Both the position numbers and the translations under genes were made by a program. A stretch of 63,981 nt of DNA, counting the filler, from Chrysochromulina tobinii (taxonomy: Eukaryota), in the NCBI GenBank assembly GCA_001275005.1. It is 11 parts of 11 records of this genome, joined end to end, with 100 filler letters (N's around TTAATTAATTAA, not from the genome) between each part and the next. Parts side by side here need not be neighbours in the genome. Positions count along the whole stretch, not along the records: positions 56,159 to 59,297 come from JWZX01000239.1; positions 59,398 to 61,319 come from JWZX01000240.1; positions 61,420 to 62,650 come from JWZX01000248.1; positions 62,751 to 63,981 come from JWZX01000376.1; 7 more parts are not named here. The stretch is one strand, 5' to 3'. The notes beneath the pieces were generated by a model. It was given only the letters and a program-made list of their open reading frames with translations, ran no database searches and was not told where the DNA came from. Below are positions 56,059 through 63,981 of the stretch, piece after piece. The stretch's first letter is position 1. The number at the start of each line of letters is the position of its first letter.

Positions 56059-56916
56059 NNNNNNNNNNNNNNNNNNNNNNNNNNNNNNNNNNNNNNNNNN
56101 NNTTAATTAATTAANNNNNNNNNNNNNNNNNNNNNNNNNNNNNNNNNNNNNNNNNNNNGGCGCGGCCTGGGTGGCGGCGAGGTCGGCGGCGAGGGTGGCG
56201 GTGGCGAGGGTGGTCATGGATGGTGGCGGAGGTGATGGTGACGGTGAGCATGGCGGCGGCGAGGGCGGCGGTGGTGGCGGCCTTATATAACATACTGTCG
56301 GCAGACGCGCCCGTTGGCGCGCCCCCCGAAGGGAACGCAAAAGAAGTCACTCGACGCCACCGTCGTCAAGGAACGACGATATCATGGCGACCGGCAGCTT
56401 GCCCGCCGCCTTATTGCTGCCTGCCGCCATCAGCAGCGGCTGTGTGCGCCTGATGTCGCCTTGTGCCACTTCTCCTTGACTTTCGCTGCACACTTGGCGC
56501 GCTCGTTGCGCCGCGCCTCCATCATCGCCTTCTCTTCTTCTTCTTCTTCTCAATCGGCCGCCTTGCGCCAGGCGTCTTGCAGGCGCTTTGAGGCCACTTG
56601 GTGCACGTGCCTTTATGCGTGCGAACGAGTAGACCTCGGGACCTACGGATGCGTCCTCGAAGGTCGGTCGAGACGAGGGCCAACTCGTACGAACGCTTTC
56701 GTCGAGCCATGATTCAAACATTCACATTCACAGTCACTCCCTCAAACCGCGCAGACCGCTTCACACGTTCATTCACGCCAGCAAGGGGTCCTCAAATCGT
56801 GCTTTATCTCTTCTCTCCTGTGCAGGTTGACAAGTTCAGGTCACGATCCTACTTTCAGCCCCAAAATCCTACGCCGGCCATATGATCTATTCCCTGTCAG
56901 TCTGAGCGACGAGCGT

Positions 56917-57712
56917 GGAGAGGGAGCGCGGCGCAGGTCTGGCTGGCACATTTTGGTGAGTGATACGCGCAACGAGGTGGCCGCCAAGGTGGTGTCGAAA
57001 AAGGGGCTCGATAAGGACCAGATCGGATGGATCCGCGAGGAAATCGCCATCCACAAGCGACTGCGCCACCCTTACATCTGCACGCTGCACGGGAGCTTCA
57101 AGAGCTTGAGCAACATTATGATCTGCCTCTCGCTGTGCCGCGGCGGCAGCCTGGTGGATATGATGGGCGCAATGCTGTACGTGGGTGAGCTTCTGGCGGC
57201 CGCTCACGTGCACGGCGCCTTTGTGCAGCTCCTCAGTGCTTTGCGCTACCTCGAGAGTGTCGGCTTTGTCCACACGCCGCGACCTCAAGCTTGATAACCT
57301 CGTGTGGGCGGACGCTCTGCGCACGCGGCTACTGCTCATCGACTTTGGGCACGTGTCGACGACAGACGTGCACAGTCAGTACTTGGGCTTAGCGCATTTC
57401 GTGGCGCCCGAGGTGCATGCAACGGACGAGGGCGGCCCTCCATTCTTATGCCGCGCGGCCGACGTGTGGTCCGCAGGCGTGGTGCTCTTTGCGAGGCTCG
57501 CGAAGGCGCTTCCATTCAACGGGGAGGAGGAGATGCCTGAAGAGCGCGCGGCGCTACGACGCAAGGTGTGCAAGGCCGTGCCTGATGGCAGCTTGCCTGC
57601 GGAGAGGCCGGCCACCGCGTGCGACCTCGTCGCGAGAATGCTCATCGTCGAGCCCGCAGAGCGCGCCACGCTCGCGCAAGTGCTCGCGCACGAGTGGGTG
57701 GGCAGCCCATGA
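56917..57712 (+). pseudogene. Frameshifted CAMK-group Ser/Thr kinase
   Basis: A broken Gly-loop, VAAKVV, EEIAIHKRLRHPYI, a frameshift at H/RDLK (~57271-57280), LIDFG, FVAPE, DVWSAGVVL, R.T..QVL.H.W. Confidence 0.85.
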
Positions 57713-58264
57713 GTGAGCTCCTACCCTGCCCGATCTCCTGCTGTTTGGTCCTGCTCACCTTGTTCTCAGCTAGATAGCGAGGACGATCTCGAAAGGTCGA
57801 TTCAACGAAGAACAATTTATATGCTCAACGTGACGTACATGTAACATTATATCTAGCCACGATCAGGAGCTGTACCTATAACTGCTCAGACAAAATTCAC
57901 CCTCGTCGAGCTGGCCGGCATGGGCGCCGGCACCTTTGCTCGCGCATAGAGCTGCAGTTCAGCCTCCTTATCAATCGCAATCGTCTTCTCGCTTCCACTG
58001 GAGCTCCTCGCGCGATGCTGAGCGTTCACCGGTGATGATGAAGGCGGGGGCTGAATGTGTGTATTCCGGGTCGGATATAGATAGATGCCGCCCATGATTA
58101 TTGGGCGCACGCAACCGGATCCAAGTAGGATCCAAGTGCAGCTTGTCAACAGTATGTTCGACCAGCTTCATGATTACGACGATTAGGACTCGATCTCGAA
58201 GCAAAGCGACCCGAGACAGGGGTCGAGAAAAGGGGAAATTCGAATAGAGAGGGTCCTCTCAGCG

Positions 58265-59050
58265 GTGGTGTCAGTCAGTGGCGATCGCGGAGATGACATG
58301 GCGGCGGCGGCGATGGCATGGCGTAGGTGATGGCGGCACCAGCAGTGGAGGTGATGGGGGTGATGGCGTTGTGATGGCGGCGGCGGTGATGGCGGTAGAG
58401 AATGCGATGGAGAGGTTGGAGGCGATCACAGAGGCGATGGCGGTAGTGGCGGCGATGGCGGCGGCGGCAATGGCGGTAAAGAAGGCGATGGAAAGCGTGG
58501 TGGCGATCGCGGAGGCGATGGCGGTGGAGAATGCGGTGGAGAAGACTTTGGCAATGGCGGTGGAGGCGAAGGTGGTGGCGGCGAAGGTGGTTGAGGTGAT
58601 GGCGGCTGTGGAGATGGCGGTAGAGAAGGTGGTGGAGTGGGCGGTAAAGAGGGCAGTGGTGAGGGCGGTGGCGATCGCGGAGGCGGTAGAGAAGGCGAAG
58701 GAGAGGGTGGCGACGAACGCGGAGGCGAACCGATAGCAGTAGCGGCGATGGCGGCTGCGGAGACTGCGGTAGAGAAGGCGGGGGAGAGAGCTGTGGCGAT
58801 GGCGGTGGAGGCGAAGAGGTGGTGGAGGCGAAGGTGGTGGCGGCGAAGGTGGTACTTGAGGCGATGGGGGCTGCGGAGATGGCTGTGCAGAGGGCGGGGG
58901 AAAAGGCAGTGGAGAGGGCGGTGGAGCGGGTGGGTTGAGGGTGGGGGCGATCGCGGAGATGATGACGGCGGCAGCGATGGCGCAGGCGATGAGCAGTGAA
59001 GGTGTAATTGCGGCGGCGATGGCGGTAGAGAAGGCGGTGGAGAGGGCACG
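58265..59050. repeat. Degenerate low-complexity (GGCGGTGGCGAT-like) tract, a decayed Pro/Ser-rich PPSPP coding repeat on the minus strand
   Basis: Direct reading; the frame switches repeatedly. Confidence 0.8.
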
Positions 59051-59464
59051 AGTCGAGAGCCATGCAACGAGGATTGCCATTCTCCGGATCATCGATGAGA
59101 CCCATGCACACCGGTGGGGATGACAGAGCTTGGAGAGCAAGAGCTTGGAGAGCAGCTCGTCGAGGCGGCCCAGATCCTTCTCTACCGAAGAGGGACTACC
59201 CCAAGCTGCTGGCTTCAATCGACCCGAAGTCGAGCGCCAAATGCAGGCAAGAGGATCATCCAACCCCAGATCATCGATGAGACCCATGCACACCGGTNNN
59301 NNNNNNNNNNNNNNNNNNNNNNNNNNNNNNNNNNNNNNNNNTTAATTAATTAANNNNNNNNNNNNNNNNNNNNNNNNNNNNNNNNNNNNNNNNNNNNGGG
59401 CGTTGACTTCGACCAGACCTGGTCTTCGGCCCTCCGCTACTCTTCAGCGCGCGCGCTCTTTGCA

Positions 59465-60011
59465 GAGTGGACGTCGCTGCGTACATGAGGCAGCCGAGGC
59501 GCTCTTGCAGAGGGCGGATGAGCTCCGGATAGCTCGCCGGGGGAAGAGCGAGCGCGTCGGCGATATGCTTGAGGAAGTCGGACGAGTAGGGCAGCGAGCC
59601 GCGCTGCACCTTCTCAATCGGTCCGTGGGGGAGAAAACGCTCGATGAGCTTCTTCACGTAGGACGTCTGGTGCAGCTTGATAGCGCCATCGGGGAGGTAG
59701 TCTACCTCGATGCCGAGGAGATCTTCCATGGGGCCCTCGTCGGTGATATCCCAGTCGCGAGTGAGAGAGTCCATGAATGTGTTGTAGGCGCAGCCAGAGG
59801 GACCGCGGCCTTCGGCGTTGAGTACGGCTGAGTGCACAATCTGGAGGTTGTCGACGTACACGCCGATGGTAATGATTTCGCCGTCGGGGTGCGTGCGTGT
59901 GAACACGCAGGGGTCGGAGTCGTCGAGGGCGGCGAAGCCTTGCTCGACCAGCCACGCAAATAGCATGCGCTGAAGGCGGCGGCCTGCCTGCTGGATTCCA
60001 TATATGGGTTT
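59465..60011 (-). mobile_element. Copia reverse transcriptase, C-terminal half (inverted relative to the N-terminal half)
   Basis: KPIYGIQQAGR, DPCVF, IGVYVDNL, DEGPMEDLLGIEV, LHQTSYVKKLIERF, LGCLMYAATST. Confidence 0.92.
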
Positions 60012-60747
60012 GTATGCGCACCTGTATTCACACCTCGACGTCATGGAGGCCGCGGTCGCTCAGACGCTCTTAGCCGCTGCTGCCGACGCGCCCTCGCCGA
60101 GAACAGCGACTCTCGACCTGGTGCCCATCTCACCGTGGTCCACTCTCGACGGTAGCTGCGTCCCTCGCAAATCGATGCGGCTTCCCGGCGGCGGCCGCGC
60201 GCTTCCCGTGTTTGTTGCGCTCACGCAAGGCGATGACATTTCCTCGCCCGACGTTCTCGCCAATCTCGCTCTTCTCGGCCAAGCCCTTCGCGCAGATTCT
60301 CCTGGCGCGCCCTCGACTCATCGCGAGGCCGTCCAGGCCGGTCAAATCTGGCTAGACGCCGAGGCCAAGGAGCTCAGCAACCATGCGCGGAACGCCTCGT
60401 GGACTTCGATCCCGCGCAGCGAGGTTCCGAACGATCGTCGCATCCACAAACTGATTTGGGTGTACAAGCTCAAGCGCGACGGCTCTGCCAAGGCGCGCTT
60501 ATGCGTGCAAGGCAACACACTGCAGCCGGGCGTTGACTTCGACCAGACCTGGTCTTCGGCCCTCCGCTACTCTTCAGCGCGCGCGCTCTTTGCCTACGCC
60601 GCGCGCAAAGGTTGCCGAGTGCGCAGTGTGGATCTGGTTGCCGCTTATCTTCAGGGCCGCTTCGTCGACGGTGAGGTCGTCTACTGCTACCTCCCGACCG
60701 GCTACCCCGAACTCGACTCGAATGGCCAGCCCTTGATCGCCCGCGTC
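60012..60747 (+). mobile_element. Copia reverse transcriptase (RVT_2), N-terminal half and upstream linker
   Basis: PSTHREA...W..AE.KEL, WVYKLKRDGSAKARLCVQG, GVDFDQT, VDLVAAYLQG, VYCYLPTGY. Confidence 0.92.
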
Positions 60748-61560
60748 GGGAGCGCGTCGCGAGTGCCGGCCATCTCGAGGCGAAGGGCGGCGCCAGGGGG
60801 CAGGGGTGGAAGAGGCTCAGAGAGATTGGATGCAACGAAGGGAGTGTATGATGGGCCGAATTCGTGCGTGCCCCCAGGCGAGTATTCGGCGGGCGAGGGA
60901 GTGGTCGGATGCGACGGTGGGGGCAAGGGGGCCGGGGGGGGCGAGGGCGTCTCCTCGGGTACGGGTGCAAGCGTCCTGGCGACGTTGGGGTCCGCGCCGA
61001 CAGCGTCAGCCCACTTGGGGCCCCACTCGCGCTTTCGGGGCTGTTTCTTGAAGTAATCGACGGGCACTCGAGTGCGTACGGCGCGCTGAGGGGCGTCGGG
61101 CGAGAGTGCGGACGTGTCGAGCGACGGGAAGGTGATGGGGGAGGCGCGAGGGTCGCGGAGGCCAGTGAAGAGAGAAGGCGGAGATGAGGGCGACAGCTCC
61201 CCCCCGTCGGAGATGGAAGGCCCTTGGGGCTTTGGCGATGCCCCCCCGTCGACTGAGGTCGGCGCCCCCCTGTGAGCGAAGGGCGGCCGCGAGGAGGGCG
61301 GGAAGGGTGGGAGAGGCTGNNNNNNNNNNNNNNNNNNNNNNNNNNNNNNNNNNNNNNNNNNNNTTAATTAATTAANNNNNNNNNNNNNNNNNNNNNNNNN
61401 NNNNNNNNNNNNNNNNNNNGAGCCTTGCTGTTCGCTTCATTGTTCGCAACCGAATGGTCGAAGCGCTCTGCCAGGGACTCGGTGGCATGCGAGCTGGAGC
61501 CAGCTTTTGAGGAGCCCGCCATCGCACACGAAAGCGAAATCTGCGAAAACTTTTCTCGCC

Positions 61561-61620
61561 AGTAACAGTCTTTATTCCGGAATAAAGACTGTTACTCGTG
61601 GAATAAAGACTGTTACTCGT
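61561..61620. repeat. Perfect 36-bp palindrome plus a third, direct copy of its arm
   Basis: AGTAACAGTCTTTATTCC|GGAATAAAGACTGTTACT (61561-61596). GGAATAAAGACTGTTACTCGT occurs twice (61579-61620). Confidence 0.92.
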
Positions 61621-61644
61621 CTATGCCCGCAACGCGAAAACGCG

Positions 61645-62484
61645 ATGTTTAGCGGGCTCGTGACAAAAGCGCCCGTCCGCATGCGGGCGATGGCTGACGC
61701 ACCTCCTTGGATGACGCCCTTGGACTATGCTGGTGCTTTACAGCCCGGCACGGACTGTGAGGAAGCCTACTTGTACCTAGAGAAGGGCACGTCTCATTCG
61801 CGTCACCGCTTACTCATGAACATGTTGGTGCTGAATCCCGACGAGATGGTCAAGGACGAGAGGGATGAGGAGCGGACTAAGCGGATGGAGTTCTACTTCG
61901 ACAAGACGAACTCATGGACTCCAGAGCACCTCCAACACAAGGTGCACCTGTACAAAGTCGCGACCAATCTACAGAGAGCCGACGACGCATACATGTGTGA
62001 GTTGATGGGCGTGCCATACACAGAAGACGAGGAGATGCCGGAGGCAGCAAATGATGAGGCGGAGACGGCGGGCGCCGAACCCGCCGGCGCGGGCAGCGCT
62101 GCGGCGGATGCAACCCTTCCGACTCTCTACGAATCGGAAGGAGACGACGACGACCAGGTCGAGGAAGGCAGTGCAGGCCATACACAATACACCTTCAGGT
62201 CGCACGGTCACCATGCAGAAGACGACGCTGACCAACGGTTCGCCGCTCGATACTGGGAGCACAATGCGCGCGGCCTGGCAGAGGAGAGACGCGAGGCCGC
62301 CGAGCTCGCAGCAGCGCACGGCAACGACCTCGCAGCACCGGTGCCGCCGGGCGAGCCCCCGCAGCCACCATCGAGCGCTGAGCATGAGCCATCGGGCGCT
62401 GCCGGGCAGAGCATCGAGCCGCCGAGGCCACGCTGCCGGGCAGAGCATCGAGCCGCCGAGGCCACTGATCGACGAGCCGACTGA
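61645..62484 (+). CDS. Hypothetical acidic protein; 3' end probably frameshifted by a local duplication
   Basis: ORF of about 280 aa from the ATG with no recognised domain. GCTGCCGGGCAGAGCATCGAGCCGCCGAGGCCAC is duplicated near 62398-62465. Confidence 0.45.
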   Translation: MFSGLVTKAPVRMRAMADAPPWMTPLDYAGALQPGTDCEEAYLYLEKGTSHSRHRLLMNMLVLNPDEMVKDERDEERTKRMEFYFDKTNSWTPEHLQHKVHLYKVATNLQRADDAYMCELMGVPYTEDEEMPEAANDEAETAGAEPAGAGSAAADATLPTLYESEGDDDDQVEEGSAGHTQYTFRSHGHHAEDDADQRFAARYWEHNARGLAEERREAAELAAAHGNDLAAPVPPGEPPQPPSSAEHEPSGAAGQSIEPPRPRCRAEHRAAEATDRRAD

Positions 62485-62750
62485 TGGGCAGTCGAGCAAG
62501 GAGACGAGCGCCGAGCTGTCGAGCTCCAAACCCAAGGCGGTTGCTGCTGACGCTCACCAAGGTGTGGTGAAGGGCGCCGCTATCGCAGCCGCCGCTCCCG
62601 ACGACGCCGCTCGTCTAGAAGCCGCTGCTGGCTATGCCCGCACTATGCACNNNNNNNNNNNNNNNNNNNNNNNNNNNNNNNNNNNNNNNNNNNNTTAATT
62701 AATTAANNNNNNNNNNNNNNNNNNNNNNNNNNNNNNNNNNNNNNNNNNNN

Positions 62751-63981
62751 TGCCGCCGAAGTGGTGCAGCAGTGCGATGTTGCCTTCGCTGTTGCATACT
62801 TTCGGCACGGTGGAAGCGCGAACGGCGTCGACGACAGCCTTCTCGGCCTTGTCGACCCAGTTGATGTGAAGCGACGTGCCGTGGAGAGCGTAGATTTTGA
62901 GCGACTCCGGGTTCGCCCATCGGCAGATCATTTGGATGACGTCGTCGGAGCAGCCTGCGGCTTTCAGGGCAGTGGCGAGGCCGCTGCGTAGCGAGTGCCA
63001 TGAGTAGCACGACGCTACTTGTTCTCCGTAGAGGCGCACGAGGGCTGCGTGCAAGAGCGTGTCCATGACGCTGTGCGTGTAGGGCAGGCCGTGCTCGTCT
63101 GCGAATAGCGGGGTTAGCTGGCGGCTGAAGCCGTGCACCGGGCGAGCGAGCTCGATTTGTTGAATGATGTAGCCTGCGCTGTTTGGGTCGAAGGAGAAGG
63201 CGATGGCGGACGCGAAGGGCGAGTGGATTTCGCCGAATTGGTCCGTCTTCGAGCGTGGCGGCGCAACGAGGATGGTGTCGCCGGGCCTGAGCGCGGCGAG
63301 TTGGGCCGCGGACGGGTCGCAAACTGGCACGCCCGCGATGATGTAAGATACGTCGTGCCGTGTGACGTAGCACACTTCTCCTGAGGGGTGAGCGACGAAC
63401 TCGGCCAGGCGGTGGCCCGTGCGCCAGCCAAGAGCGAGCATGCCACGGAAGGCCCAGCCGATGACGCTGGCAGGGTCGTAGCTACGTGCGCCGAGGCGGT
63501 CCTTGGGGTGCTTGAGCAGATCTTGGACCATGGCGAAGCGAAAAGGCTCGCGTCGTTGAGGCATTAGGGCGTGCGCGCCGTACACCGTGACGAAGGCCCG
63601 CAATAGTCCGTGCAGCTCGCCTTGCACTACCTTGGCGGGCGGAAGGATGAGCTTCCATTCGCGAAAGATGCGGATGATGGAGAGCACGTAAGCGAAGGCG
63701 CTGCGAGGAGAGGCCCACTCGCGTCCTCGTTTGCCCTTCATTTTCGGGTAGACGTAGAGCAGAAAGGTAGCCAGCAACGTGCCTACCTCGCTCGCATGGT
63801 TCTGGACTTGCTCGGAGGACAAGAGCGGGTCGAAACCGACCAAGGCTGCATATTGCTCCCATTGCGCCCAGGCGGCCTCGTTCTTGCGTCGAGTGCCGTG
63901 TGACGCGCCGAAGTCGGCGAGGTCGCTAGCGTGCTTGAGCAGCTCCCCGAGCTGCTCCACGCTGTGGCTGGAACCGAAGCC
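62751..63981 (-). mobile_element. Tyrosine recombinase of a DIRS/Ngaro-type retrotransposon (or Crypton-like element), partial
   Basis: An N-terminal SAM-like binding domain (AWAQWEQY...AYVLSI) and the catalytic set R (GHRLAE), K (SKTDQ), HxxR (HSLRSG), W (CRW), Y (LKIY). Confidence 0.92.

Noticed and set aside
60748..61319. Minus-strand Pro-rich ORF as part of the Copia pol
   Set aside because: It has no Copia motifs and joins the RT abruptly; its origin cannot be determined from the sequence.

Overview
This is not one locus. It is 11 unrelated contigs joined by artificial 100-nt N/TTAATTAATTAA spacers. The DNA is very GC-rich, intron-containing and eukaryotic. A flagellated alga, most likely a haptophyte (Chrysochromulina-like), is inferred from the IFT and axonemal dyneins, the AP2-repeat and CXXC proteins and the intron style. 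Host genes: a mannitol-dehydrogenase-family/uronate-isomerase fusion, an EF-hand protein, a kinesin, a THUMP-type methyltransferase, a histidine phosphatase, a C2 protein, cytoplasmic dynein-2 heavy chain, an FkbM methyltransferase, SDA1, a CXXC protein, an AP2-SET-Myb protein and kinase fragments. Mobile DNA: a Ty1/Copia gag-pol (1-4008), rearranged Copia RT pieces (59398-60747) and a DIRS-type tyrosine recombinase (62751-63981). The best candidate for a new system is the Copia element. Its polyprotein continues from integrase directly into a C5-cytosine DNA methyltransferase-like domain, whose catalytic segment appears lost at an 8-nt microhomology. It also carries a roughly 500-aa multi-transmembrane/IQ-motif insert between Gag and protease. 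Other highlights: introns whose boundaries are bracketed by exact duplications of exon sequence, a CpG-decayed mosaic of two different dynein genes, and a YABBY-like ORF bracketed by TTAA-ended hairpin motifs. All domain calls come from motif recognition by eye; no searches were run.
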